DNA of 64,000 bases from Ruminococcus sp. (GTDB taxonomy: Bacteria; Bacillota; Clostridia; Oscillospirales; Acutalibacteraceae). The stretch spans positions 34,240-98,239 of the forward strand of contig JALFTC010000013.1 of assembly GCA_022779485.1 (NCBI GenBank). Reading direction: 5' to 3'. Under the pieces are notes generated by a model. That model ran no database searches and was not told the DNA's origin. It saw nothing but the letters and a program-made list of their open reading frames with translations. The position numbers and the translations under genes were made by a program. Position 1 is the first letter of the stretch, and each line of letters opens with the position of its first letter. Below are positions 1 through 9,384 of the stretch, piece by piece.

Positions 1-837
1 TACAATGGATTGAACAAGTCCCAAAATTGTGGAGCAAATCCAGTAGAAACCAACAGCAGCAGGTACGGAATATGCAATATATGCCGAGAATAGCGGCATA
101 GCAAGGAGCATAAACATCATACAACCCTGCATTTGAGTACCGTTGAGCTTCATTGTAATGATTTGTGTTGCGATTGATGAAACAAGACAAAGAATCGGAA
201 TAAGAATATACCATGAACCAAACATACCATAGGTTGCCGGAACTTCAAGCATACTTATTCCGCTGCCCGGAATGAGGTCAAAGCCATTCGCAAGCATATT
301 AATGTTATCTATCTGTGCTTGTGTAAAGCAGTTCTGAATAAAGTCGGTGTTACTCATAGCACCAAAGTTATTGAGAACCTCTATCTGCTGATAGTATGTA
401 TTTACGCTTGTATGTAAAGGCATACCGGGGATATGCTGAGCATAATTAACAGCAGAATTAACAAGATTAGAATCAAGATGTAGAGTATTTGTAAGAGGAG
501 AAGAAATACTGTAGAAGATACCCAGCATAACAAGCATTGGAACTATACTTGTAAGGCATCCTGAGGTTGGGCTTACACCCTCCTTTTGATACAGCTTTTG
601 CATTTCCTCATTAGCTTTTACTTTGTTGTTTTTATACTTTTCCTTAATTTCCTGTTGTTTCTTTTGAAGTCTGGCGTTGTTAGCCATAGCCTTTTGCTGT
701 TTGATTGAAAAAGGAAAAAGTACAATCTTAGCCAAAATAGCAAATATGATAATTGCTATACCGTAGTTTTGTACAAGATAAAAAATCGGCCACAAAACAT
801 AACCAAAAATACTTCCGAAGAAGTTAAATAATGCCAT
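1..837 (-). CDS. yidC: Membrane protein insertase YidC/Oxa1 (3' end runs off the window)
   Basis: Not in the ORF track; translated by hand from ATG at 837: MALFNFFGSIFGYVLWPIFYLVQNYGIAIIIFAILAKIVLFPFSIKQQKAM...KLYQKEGVSPTSGCL...AAVGFYWICS. Canonical position after yidD. Confidence 0.95.
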   Translation of the reverse strand, partial: MALFNFFGSIFGYVLWPIFYLVQNYGIAIIIFAILAKIVLFPFSIKQQKAMANNARLQKKQQEIKEKYKNNKVKANEEMQKLYQKEGVSPTSGCLTSIVPMLVMLGIFYSISSPLTNTLHLDSNLVNSAVNYAQHIPGMPLHTSVNTYYQQIEVLNNFGAMSNTDFIQNCFTQAQIDNINMLANGFDLIPGSGISMLEVPATYGMFGSWYILIPILCLVSSIATQIITMKLNGTQMQGCMMFMLLAMPLFSAYIAYSVPAAVGFYWICSTILGLVQSIV

Positions 838-838
838 T

Positions 839-1078
839 TTATTTTCTCCTTTTGTTTTTCTCTTTCTTAGGAGGAACAGGGTCAAACCCACCCTTAGAAA
901 AAGGATTACACCTTAGTATCCTCCAAGCTGTCATAAGTCCTCCCTTAAAAGCACCGTGTGTACTGATAGCCTCAAGACCGTAGCTTGAACAGGTGGGATA
1001 ATACTTACATTTTGAGCTTGTGTATGGAGATATACATTTTTTGTAGAATTTAATAATTGCTATGAAAACCTTTTTCAT
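839..1078 (-). CDS. yidD: Membrane protein insertion efficiency factor YidD
   Basis: [15 protein letters not shown] and [17 protein letters not shown] motifs; synteny. Confidence 0.95.
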   Translation of the reverse strand: MKKVFIAIIKFYKKCISPYTSSKCKYYPTCSSYGLEAISTHGAFKGGLMTAWRILRCNPFSKGGFDPVPPKKEKNKRRK

Positions 1079-1422
1079 AACTTTTCTGTCCTTAAAACAT
1101 TTGCTTTCTTAAGGTGACTAAGCATTTCCTTTTTAACAAGGGTACTCTTTACATAGGGAGTTTTACCCCTTGCAACAAAAACAATGTCATATCCCGGAAT
1201 AATATCACTGTACAGATCATAGAAAGAGGCTCTGATAACTCTTCTTGCCCTACTTCTCTGTACAGCCTTACCTATTTTTTTGCTGGTAGTTATTCCGTAC
1301 CTTTTTTCATTACTTCTGTTTTTCAGAACATAGGTTACAAGAGAAGAACCTACAAAGTTTTTGCCTTTTCGGTACAATCTGAGAAAATCCCTGTTCTCTT
1401 TTAAAGTAACACCTTTTCCCAT
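1075..1422 (-). CDS. rnpA: Ribonuclease P protein component
   Basis: [30 protein letters not shown] (RNR-like motif); synteny. Confidence 0.95.
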   Translation of the reverse strand: MGKGVTLKENRDFLRLYRKGKNFVGSSLVTYVLKNRSNEKRYGITTSKKIGKAVQRSRARRVIRASFYDLYSDIIPGYDIVFVARGKTPYVKSTLVKKEMLSHLKKANVLRTEKL

Positions 1423-1439
1423 GTAATCACCTTTGAGAA

Positions 1440-1475
1440 TAAAATAAAAAGAAAGACCACTTAAAAGTGGCCTTC
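1440..1475 (-). terminator. Intrinsic terminator-like hairpin between rpmH and rnpA
   Basis: Minus strand GAAGGCCACT-ttta-AGTGGTCTTTC followed by TTTTTATTTT. Confidence 0.6.
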
Positions 1476-1479
1476 ATTT

Positions 1480-1655
1480 TAAGGAAATACTGATTAAATC
1501 ATTTGCACAAATTGTATAGTCAAATTTCTCGTCATACTTCACAGACAAACCGCAGTAATACTTGACGCATTACAAGGTTTTTCGGACAAACAGACGGAAA
1601 ATATAAGGGCAAGATGCACAAATAACTTTTGAGTGATTTATTCAGCGTTTCCTTA
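1480..1655. mobile_element. 176-bp MITE-like element with 22-bp imperfect terminal inverted repeats
   Basis: Left end TAAGGAAATACTGATTAAATCA (1480-1501); reverse complement of right end TAAGGAAACGCTGAATAAATCA (1634-1655), 19/22 match. Interior is imperfectly palindromic with no ORF; the right end includes the rpmH stop codon. Confidence 0.7.
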
Positions 1656-1787
1656 ATAAGACAACTTCTTTCTACCTTTAGCTCTTCTTCTTGCTAAAAC
1701 TTTACGGCCATTCTTAGTTGCCATTCTCTTTCTGAAGCCATGCTCTTTCTTTCTATGAAGCTTTTTAGGCTGATATGTTCTCAGCAT
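1653..1787 (-). CDS. rpmH: 50S ribosomal protein L34
   Basis: Hand-translated 44 aa: [44 protein letters not shown]; GGAGG RBS upstream. Confidence 0.97.
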   Translation of the reverse strand: MLRTYQPKKLHRKKEHGFRKRMATKNGRKVLARRRAKGRKKLSY

Positions 1788-1834
1788 AGAAAACCCTCCT
1801 TTCGGATTTACATTACATAACCTTGCAATATAGC

Positions 1835-1863
1835 ATTATATATTATTTTGCAAATACAGTCAA
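1835..1863 (-). promoter_or_regulatory. SigA-type promoter of rpmH
   Basis: TTGACT-17 bp-TATAAT on the minus strand. Confidence 0.75.
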
Positions 1864-2034
1864 CAAAAATTTTTTATTTTTTGCTTTTTATTTTAAAGTA
1901 TTTTTTATTTTTTATTACATAGTACAATATATAGTATTTTTCTAAGTTTTGACCACAAATTATGTCAGAAAATTTTTATAAAAAACCTCATAATTTTAAT
2001 AGTAAATATATACTTATAAATGTAATTATTTTTA

Positions 2035-2063
2035 TTGCAAAATTTAACTGTTTTTGATATAAT
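2035..2063 (+). promoter_or_regulatory. SigA-type promoter of dnaA, with a downstream DnaA-box-like site TTATCCACT (2118-2126)
   Basis: TTGCAA-17 bp-TATAAT with a TG extension; a near-consensus box in the leader suggests autoregulation. Confidence 0.7.
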
Positions 2064-2164
2064 GTATAATGTATCTGTATGGGTAGATAAAACCAAGCAG
2101 AATTATTTTAAAGCAAATTATCCACTTTTTTAGATAGATAAGGAAAAATAAAGGAAGTGCAAAA

Positions 2165-3481
2165 ATGGATTCCTTCAGCGAAGCCTGGAACATAATAAGC
2201 GACTACTGCAAAAGTCAGATTACAGATGTTGCTTACAATACTTGGATTAAGAGGATTGAGCCTGTAAGCCTTGATTTTGACAAAAACGAAACAACTCTGC
2301 TTGTTCCAAACGACTTTCACCGTCAAACCCTTATGAGGTGCTACATTCCACTTCTTAATGACGCTTTTGACACAGTTTTCGGAACTCACTTTAAAATTGT
2401 TTTTCGTGTTCCCGATGAGGTTAACAATATACAGGAAAAGGAACAGAAGTCAATTGCCGAAACAGGATATGAATTTACCTTTGAAACCTTTATTGTAGGT
2501 TCTTCAAACAAATTCGCCCACGCAGCCTCAATAGCTGTTGCCCAAAATCCTGCCGGTGCATACAATCCCCTTTTCCTTTACGGAAACAGCGGTCTTGGAA
2601 AAACTCATCTTATTTGTGCTATAAGTAACGAAATAAAGAAAAATCAGCCTGACAAAAACATTGTTTATGTCAAGGGTGATGACTTTACCAACGAGCTTGT
2701 TGAGTCCATAGCCAAGGCAACCACATCTGAATTTAGAAATAAATACAGAAGTGCCGATGTTCTTTTGGTAGATGATATTCAGTTTATCGGAGGTAAGGAA
2801 AGAACACAGGAGGAATTTTTCCATACATTTAATACTCTTTATGAAGCAAATAAACAGATTGTTCTCACATCTGACCGTCCTCCAAGGGAGATTAAAACTC
2901 TTGAGGACAGACTTCGCAACAGATTCGAATCAGGTCTTCTTGCAGATATTCAACCACCTGACCTGGAAACAAGAATTGCAATTATAAAGCGTAAATCTGA
3001 AATATTAGGCATAAACCTTAACGACGATGTGTGCGAATACATAGCAAAAAATCTAAAAACAAACATTCGTCAGCTTGAGGGTGTTGTTAAAAAGTTAAAA
3101 GCAAAGATTTTGCTTTCGGGAGAAGAACCATCCCTTTCCGTAGTCAAAGAGGGAATAAGCGACATTCTCAACAACGATACTCCCCCTGAGCTTACAGTTG
3201 AAAAGATAGTAGAAGAGGTTGGCAGAAATTACGGTTTTACTGCTGATGAAATAAGGAACTCCAAAAATCACAAGGCTAACATAAGCCAAGCAAGGCATAT
3301 TGCAATTTACATTGTAAGAAGTCTTACTAACCTTTCTATGATAGAAATAGGCAAGGAGTTCGGCAACCGTCACTACACAACAATAGTTTATACTATTCAA
3401 AAAATAACTCAGCAGATGCAGGAAAATACAGCTATAAAGGAAACAATAGAGGACATAATTAAAAATATAAGGGACAGATAA
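2165..3481 (+). CDS. dnaA: Chromosomal replication initiator DnaA
   Basis: Walker A GNSGLGKTHL, Walker B LLVDDIQF, TQEEFFHTFN; domain IV is divergent (see findings). Confidence 0.98.
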   Translation: MDSFSEAWNIISDYCKSQITDVAYNTWIKRIEPVSLDFDKNETTLLVPNDFHRQTLMRCYIPLLNDAFDTVFGTHFKIVFRVPDEVNNIQEKEQKSIAETGYEFTFETFIVGSSNKFAHAASIAVAQNPAGAYNPLFLYGNSGLGKTHLICAISNEIKKNQPDKNIVYVKGDDFTNELVESIAKATTSEFRNKYRSADVLLVDDIQFIGGKERTQEEFFHTFNTLYEANKQIVLTSDRPPREIKTLEDRLRNRFESGLLADIQPPDLETRIAIIKRKSEILGINLNDDVCEYIAKNLKTNIRQLEGVVKKLKAKILLSGEEPSLSVVKEGISDILNNDTPPELTVEKIVEEVGRNYGFTADEIRNSKNHKANISQARHIAIYIVRSLTNLSMIEIGKEFGNRHYTTIVYTIQKITQQMQENTAIKETIEDIIKNIRDR

Positions 3482-3680
3482 TTTTTCACATTTTCACACA
3501 CATTCACATCACATACTTTCACAAAATGTTGAAAACTTAGCTTATCATCTTTTTTATTCACATAATTTATTTTTTTCAACATTTTTTATGTTGACTTAAA
3601 AATGTGATTATATCTATGATAGACGGACTTTTCATATATTTTCACACCCTCTAATACTACTATTATAAATTTACATAACA
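3482..3680. other. oriC (dnaA-dnaN intergenic) with DnaA boxes and a DnaA-trio-like unwinding element
   Basis: TTTTTCACA 3482-3490, TTATTCACA 3554-3562, TTTTCAACA-type sites at ~3527 (reverse) and ~3573. ATTTTCACA-CCCT is followed by CTAATACTACTATTAT (3651-3666) and an AT-rich run, as in the B. subtilis basal unwinding site. Confidence 0.85.
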
Positions 3681-3711
3681 GATCATATGAAAAACGGAGA
3701 AAGGATAAAAA

Positions 3712-4812
3712 ATGAAATTTACTTGTTCAAGAACAGACTTAAGCAACGCTGTTACAAATGTTCAAAGGGCAGTTGCAACTAAATCTTCAATACCTTCACT
3801 TGAAGGAATACTTATAAAAGCATATGACGGTTTTCTTAACCTGTCAGGTTATGACCTTGAAATCGGTATTACAACAGATGTTGAAGCCCAACTTGACAGT
3901 GAGGGAGAAATTGTTGTTTCAGCCAGACTTTTCGGTGACATTATAAGAAAGCTTCCCGAGGAAGTTGTAACCATTGAAACAGACGAAAGAATGGTAACCT
4001 ACATAACAAGCGGTAATGCGTCATATCAAATTGTAGGACTTTCCGCAACAGAATATCCCGACCTGCCTAAATTTGAAGAAACCGACAAGATAGTAATCAA
4101 GGGCGGACTTTTGAGGGATATGATTCGCCAGACAATCTATGCTGTTTCCGACAACACATCAAAGCCTATCTACACAGGCTCACTGTTTGAAATCAAGGAC
4201 AAGGTATTAACCATTGTTGCCATTGACGGTTACAGAATGGCTATTCGTAAAGAGGCAATCGACAGTGATTCCGAAAACAGCTTTGTTATTCCAAAGAAAA
4301 CACAGAGTGAAGTGCTAAAGCTGATAACAGATGATGAAGAAAATGTGGAAATTGTTATCGGTCAGCGACACACACTGTTTAAGGTTGGTTCTTTCTATGT
4401 TATTTCAAGACTGATTGAAGGTCAGTTTATCGACTATAATTCTACAATTCCCAAGGGAAATGATACAGAGGTTGTTGTAAATACAAGGGAAATCGGTTCT
4501 TCTGTTGAAAGAATGAGCCTTTTGGCAAATGAAAAAATTCCATCCCCTGTAAAATGTGTTTTCAGTGATGATGAAATAAAGATGACCTGTAAAACATCAA
4601 TGGGAAAGGCAAATGATGTAATAAGCACAACAATAGCCGGAAGTGATGTTGAAATAGGCTTTAACAACAGATATTTACTTGACGCAATCAAGAATTGCGA
4701 TACAGACGAGGTAAAGCTAATTCTTAACGGAGGACTTTCACCAATGATAATTAAACCGGTAAAAAGCGACAGCTTTTTATACCTTGTAGTACCAATGAGA
4801 ATATCACAATGA
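3712..4812 (+). CDS. dnaN: DNA polymerase III beta sliding clamp
   Basis: 366 aa; [32 protein letters not shown]-terminal VVPMR. Confidence 0.97.
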   Translation: MKFTCSRTDLSNAVTNVQRAVATKSSIPSLEGILIKAYDGFLNLSGYDLEIGITTDVEAQLDSEGEIVVSARLFGDIIRKLPEEVVTIETDERMVTYITSGNASYQIVGLSATEYPDLPKFEETDKIVIKGGLLRDMIRQTIYAVSDNTSKPIYTGSLFEIKDKVLTIVAIDGYRMAIRKEAIDSDSENSFVIPKKTQSEVLKLITDDEENVEIVIGQRHTLFKVGSFYVISRLIEGQFIDYNSTIPKGNDTEVVVNTREIGSSVERMSLLANEKIPSPVKCVFSDDEIKMTCKTSMGKANDVISTTIAGSDVEIGFNNRYLLDAIKNCDTDEVKLILNGGLSPMIIKPVKSDSFLYLVVPMRISQ

Positions 4813-5027
4813 GCAGAGAAGTAATTTTTATTGAAACAGAATTTATAAGACTTCAGGATTTACTTAAATTTTCCGGTATGACTGAAACAGGAGGACAGGC
4901 TAAGTTGTTGATTCAAGAGGGTTATGTCCTTGTTAACGGAGAGGTTTGCAAAGTGCGGGGAAAAAAGCTTGTTGAAGGTGACAAGGTAACCCTTTATGAC
5001 AAAACTTTAGAGGTTAGACGATATTGA
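4809..5027 (+). CDS. yaaA: S4-like RNA-binding protein YaaA
   Basis: [20 protein letters not shown]...[15 protein letters not shown]; synteny. Confidence 0.9.
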   Translation: MSREVIFIETEFIRLQDLLKFSGMTETGGQAKLLIQEGYVLVNGEVCKVRGKKLVEGDKVTLYDKTLEVRRY

Positions 5028-6127
5028 AAGTAAAGTATTTGGAATTTGAAAATTTCAGAAATCTTGAAAATAATAAGGTTTATGCCCACGAAAATACAAA
5101 TGTAATATTCGGAGAAAATGCCCAAGGAAAAACTAATCTTCTTGAATGTATTTGGCTTTTCTGCGGAGGTCATTCCTTTAGAGGCTCTGCGGAAAAGGAG
5201 CTTGTAAAATTCGGAGAAAAGTTCTTCAAAATAAAACTCACTTTTGATGGACAGGAAAGAGAACAAAATGTAGAAATAAGGTATATGGGCGGAAAAAAAG
5301 AAGTCTATATTAACGGTGTCAAGAAAAAAAGTGGGGCAGAGCTAATTGAGAGATTTTCCTGTGTTGTTTTTTCTCCTGAACACCTTTCACTTGTTAAAGC
5401 AGGTCCGGGAAAAAGGAGAAAATTCCTTGACGGTGCACTTTGTCAGCAAAAACTAAAGTATGCTATGTTCTTTTCAAAGTACAATCAAGTTCTAAATCAA
5501 AGGAATGCTCTCTTAAAGGATATAAACAGACATCCCGAACTAAAATCAACTCTTGAAATATGGGATGATAATTTAAGTATGTTAGGTGCGTACATTATTC
5601 AGCAAAGGATAATGTATGCAAAAAAGCTAAAGGAAAATGCCCAGTACTTTCACAGTGGTATTTCCGAAGAAAAAGAAATTTTAGATATAGAATATGTTTC
5701 CACAATAAAAGAAATCAATGTGGAAAATTTAGAAGATATTAAGGAAAAGTTTTTAAATAATTTAAGGGATAATCTAAAGGATGACCTGTATAATGGTTTT
5801 ACAACAGTTGGACCTCACAGGGATGATATAAACATACTGATAAACGGTATGAAGGCAAAAAATTTCGGCAGTCAGGGTCAGCAGAGGAGTGCTGTGCTTT
5901 CCCTAAAGCTGTCCGAGGCAAATTTGTTAAGTGAAATTCACGGGGAAAAGCCTGTTTTACTCTTGGATGATGTTTTGTCTGAGCTTGACTCAAAAAGGCA
6001 GAGCTATCTCCTTAACAAGATAGACGACTATCAGGTTTTTATCACCTGCTGTGAAAAAAGCAACAAGGAACTGCTGAAAAAAGGAAAAGTCTTTTCCGTT
6101 GCAAATGGTAAAGTAACATCGGAATGA
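5024..6127 (+). CDS. recF: DNA replication/repair protein RecF (TTG start)
   Basis: [36 protein letters not shown]. Confidence 0.97.
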   Translation: MKVKYLEFENFRNLENNKVYAHENTNVIFGENAQGKTNLLECIWLFCGGHSFRGSAEKELVKFGEKFFKIKLTFDGQEREQNVEIRYMGGKKEVYINGVKKKSGAELIERFSCVVFSPEHLSLVKAGPGKRRKFLDGALCQQKLKYAMFFSKYNQVLNQRNALLKDINRHPELKSTLEIWDDNLSMLGAYIIQQRIMYAKKLKENAQYFHSGISEEKEILDIEYVSTIKEINVENLEDIKEKFLNNLRDNLKDDLYNGFTTVGPHRDDINILINGMKAKNFGSQGQQRSAVLSLKLSEANLLSEIHGEKPVLLLDDVLSELDSKRQSYLLNKIDDYQVFITCCEKSNKELLKKGKVFSVANGKVTSE

Positions 6128-6184
6128 CAGGTGACTGCAAAATTTTCAATTTTTCATACTATTCATTAAAGGAAAGAATTTTTT

Positions 6185-6436
6185 ATGTATCTCCATTTAG
6201 GTGAAAATACAGTTGTAAGAACAGATAATATACTGGGTATTTTTGATATGGATACCTCTACAATTTCCAAGTGGACAAAGGATTATCTTTCAAGTGCAAC
6301 AAAAAATAAAAGGGTAATTAATGTTTCAATGGAGCTTCCAAAGAGCTACATTGTTTGCAATGAAGATGATGAAATAAAAGTATATGTAAGTCAGATAAGC
6401 AGTCAAACGCTTATGAAAAGAAAAAGTAATTTGTGA
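6185..6436 (+). CDS. remB: RemB/YaaB (DUF370-like) protein
   Basis: MYLHLGENTVV...GIFD...PKSYIV...SQISSQTLMKR; recF-gyrB position. Confidence 0.85.
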   Translation: MYLHLGENTVVRTDNILGIFDMDTSTISKWTKDYLSSATKNKRVINVSMELPKSYIVCNEDDEIKVYVSQISSQTLMKRKSNL

Positions 6437-6449
6437 AAGGTCGTATGTT

Positions 6450-7064
6450 ATGAAATTAGCAAAATGTCCTTACTGCGGTAGAAGGTTGTCCTATCCTTCT
6501 GCATTTATGTACAAATCAAAAGGTGAATATAAATGCACCAGATGTAAAAAGGAGAGCAATGTCTTTATCAACAAAAAGATGTGGCTTGCCTTTACACTTA
6601 CAATGATGGTTGCAATAGTGGCTATGATACTCATAATTATGTTTCTTGCAGACAAAAGCATATTTACATTTTTGCTTGTTATGATACCTTTTATGATTTT
6701 CTACCTCTTTGTGCCTTTCTTTGTAAAGTTAAGACCTCTTAAAAAATACCGTGACTTTGTTATTCAACAGCAAAAGTTCACAAAGCCTGAGATTTTGCCC
6801 CCAATCACCGATGAGGAATTTGAGCATAGCGGACCAATGATAAACACCGATGTGTTCAATCAAATTAAGGCAAAGAGAAGAATAATTACGGAGGAACAAG
6901 AGGCAAGGACAAAGGCGTTTGTTGAGGATGATGATTTTAAAAAGGTTGAAACAGACACAATATCCAGGGATTTGCTAAAGGGAAGAACAGCAGCCTTTAA
7001 CTTTAACGGCAAAGAAAAATCATCCGACATAAACTACTTTGATGATTTGCTGAATGACGACTGA
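6450..7064 (+). CDS. CxxC-x19-CxxC zinc-ribbon membrane protein with two TM helices and a charged C-terminal tail
   Basis: CPYC-19aa-CTRC followed by two hydrophobic segments. Confidence 0.7.
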   Translation: MKLAKCPYCGRRLSYPSAFMYKSKGEYKCTRCKKESNVFINKKMWLAFTLTMMVAIVAMILIIMFLADKSIFTFLLVMIPFMIFYLFVPFFVKLRPLKKYRDFVIQQQKFTKPEILPPITDEEFEHSGPMINTDVFNQIKAKRRIITEEQEARTKAFVEDDDFKKVETDTISRDLLKGRTAAFNFNGKEKSSDINYFDDLLNDD

Positions 7065-7066
7065 TT

Positions 7067-7363
7067 ATGTTTAAAAAACCTGTTTGTCCTCATTGCAAGG
7101 CAATATATGACTATAAAGAAATAAATAATCAAAAGAATAATGAAAAAATAAAATGTCACAACTGCAAAAAATATTTTACAGTTAAAAAAACAGGAGGATA
7201 TATACTCCTTATGACTATGGCTGTTTTGTTTGCAATAGTTTTTAACATTTTTCTTTTGACTGTAATAAAAATCAAGGGAATTATTCCCCTATTCATTTCG
7301 GCAGTGCTGATAATTATTATTGCATTGCTTTTAAGACCATTTTTTGTTAAGTATAAGAAATAG
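7067..7363 (+). CDS. Small CxxC-x19-CxxC zinc-ribbon membrane protein, probable paralog of the upstream gene
   Basis: CPHC-19aa-CHNC, two TM helices, ends RPFFVKYKK (compare VPFFVKLRP upstream). Confidence 0.7.
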   Translation: MFKKPVCPHCKAIYDYKEINNQKNNEKIKCHNCKKYFTVKKTGGYILLMTMAVLFAIVFNIFLLTVIKIKGIIPLFISAVLIIIIALLLRPFFVKYKK

Positions 7364-7416
7364 AGAGTAGAAAGTAAAAGAAAATCAGAAATGATTTTTC
7401 TGATGGAGGAATTGTA

Positions 7417-9372
7417 TTGGATAATATAAATGAAATCACCAAAGTAGAAAACGAATACGGTGCGGATGAAATTCAGGTCCTTGAGGGACTGGAGGCTGTT
7501 CGTAAAAGACCGGGTATGTACATAGGCTCAACAGGTGAACAGGGACTTCATCACCTTGTTTACGAAATTGTGGATAACTCCATTGACGAGGCACTTGCAG
7601 GGTATTGTACAAAAATTGAGGTTTCAATTTTGCCGGGAAATATAATCAGAGTTAAGGATAACGGCAGAGGTATTCCTGTTGGCATAAATGCAAAGATGGG
7701 TATGCCTGCTGTTACTGTTGTTTTCACCGTTCTTCACGCCGGAGGTAAATTCGGCGGAGGCGGATACAAGGTGTCAGGCGGTTTGCACGGTGTTGGTGCG
7801 TCTGTTGTTAATGCACTTTCCGAGTATCTTGAGGTTAAGGTTTGTGACGGCAAGGATATTTACTTTCAGCGTTATGAACGAGGAAAAATAATGAATGACC
7901 TTGAAATTATAGGTCAGGGTACAGAAAAGGGAACAGAGGTTATCTTTAAGCCTGACCCTGTTATGTTCACAGATACCACAGTTTATAAGTACGAAATTCT
8001 TGAAAAGCGTCTGCGTGAACAGGCTTTCCTTAACGCAGGTGTAAGAATTGAGCTTAAGGATGAGCGTGACCCTGAAAATGTAGTGGTAAATGAATACTGC
8101 TACGAGGGGGGAGTGCGTTCTTTCGTAAACTTTATCAGGGAAAGAAAGAGCAAAACTAAGGAAATTAATCCTTTACACGAAGAAGTTATTTACTTTGAGG
8201 CTGAAAATGACGACAACACAATGTCTGTTGAAATTGCAATGCAGTACACAGACGCAATTACATCAGATGTCCGTTCCTTTGCCAACAATATCCATACAAT
8301 CGACGGCGGTACTCACGAGGAGGGCTTTAGGCGTTCCTTAACAAAGGTGCTTAACGAATACGGTAGAAGATTTAACAAGCTTAAAGAAAAGGACGATGAC
8401 CTGAAGTACAGCGACTACGAGGAAGGTCTTTTTGCAGTTATTTCCGTAAAGCTGACAGAGGCTGAGTTTGAAGGACAGACCAAGGCAAAGCTTGGTAACA
8501 CAGAAGTCCGCACAATGGTTTATCAACTTATTAAAAATAAATTTTCGGAATTTCTTGAGGAAAATCCTGCAATCGGCAAGGTGATTTTTGACAAGGCTAT
8601 GATGTCCTACACAGCAAGAATTGCCGCCCAAAAGGCAAGGGAAAATGTAAGAAGAAAGTCAGCACTTGACGGTGCAAGACTTCCCGGTAAGCTTGCCGAC
8701 TGCCAGAGCAAGGATTCTTCGGAAACAGAAATATATATCGTAGAGGGTGACTCTGCGGGCGGTTCTGCTAAAGAGGGCAGAGATAGAAGAATTCAGGCTA
8801 TTCTCCCACTTTGGGGTAAAATGCTGAATGTTGAAAAGGTAAGAGAGGACAAGGTTTACGGAAACGACAAGCTGACGCCTGTTATCCTTGCCCTTGGCAC
8901 AGGACTAAAGGACGACTTTGATATTTCAAAATTGAGATACGACAAGGTAATCATTATGGCTGATGCCGATGTTGACGGCTCCCATATCCGCACACTTCTT
9001 TTAACATTCTTCTTCCGCTTTATGCGTCCTCTTATTGAGGAGGGTCATGTTTATATTGCACAGCCTCCTCTTTACAGAATTACAAAGGGTAAAAAGCATA
9101 AGTATGCTTATTCAGACGAAGAAAGGGACGCTATGCTTGCTCAAATTGAGGGTAAGACAGAAATTCAGCGTTACAAAGGTCTTGGTGAAATGGACCCTGA
9201 ACAGCTTTGGGAAACAACTATGAATCCCGAAACAAGAACAATGCTTCGTGTTGAACTAAAGGATGCAGAACAGGCTGATGAAACCTTCTCTATGCTTATG
9301 GGTGAAAAGGTTGAACCGAGAAAAGAATTTATCGAGGCTAACGCCCGATTTGTTGAAAATCTTGATATATAA
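7417..9372 (+). CDS. gyrB: DNA gyrase subunit B (TTG start)
   Basis: EAVRKRPGMYIG, GGLHGVGASVVNALS, VEGDSAGGS, DADVDGSHI, QRYKGLGEM. Confidence 0.97.
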   Translation: MDNINEITKVENEYGADEIQVLEGLEAVRKRPGMYIGSTGEQGLHHLVYEIVDNSIDEALAGYCTKIEVSILPGNIIRVKDNGRGIPVGINAKMGMPAVTVVFTVLHAGGKFGGGGYKVSGGLHGVGASVVNALSEYLEVKVCDGKDIYFQRYERGKIMNDLEIIGQGTEKGTEVIFKPDPVMFTDTTVYKYEILEKRLREQAFLNAGVRIELKDERDPENVVVNEYCYEGGVRSFVNFIRERKSKTKEINPLHEEVIYFEAENDDNTMSVEIAMQYTDAITSDVRSFANNIHTIDGGTHEEGFRRSLTKVLNEYGRRFNKLKEKDDDLKYSDYEEGLFAVISVKLTEAEFEGQTKAKLGNTEVRTMVYQLIKNKFSEFLEENPAIGKVIFDKAMMSYTARIAAQKARENVRRKSALDGARLPGKLADCQSKDSSETEIYIVEGDSAGGSAKEGRDRRIQAILPLWGKMLNVEKVREDKVYGNDKLTPVILALGTGLKDDFDISKLRYDKVIIMADADVDGSHIRTLLLTFFFRFMRPLIEEGHVYIAQPPLYRITKGKKHKYAYSDEERDAMLAQIEGKTEIQRYKGLGEMDPEQLWETTMNPETRTMLRVELKDAEQADETFSMLMGEKVEPRKEFIEANARFVENLDI

Positions 9373-9384
9373 GGAGGGATAAAA

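Noticed and set aside
6155-6161. CATACTA, a sporulation-sigma-like -10 upstream of remB
   Set aside because: No matching -35 at the proper spacing.
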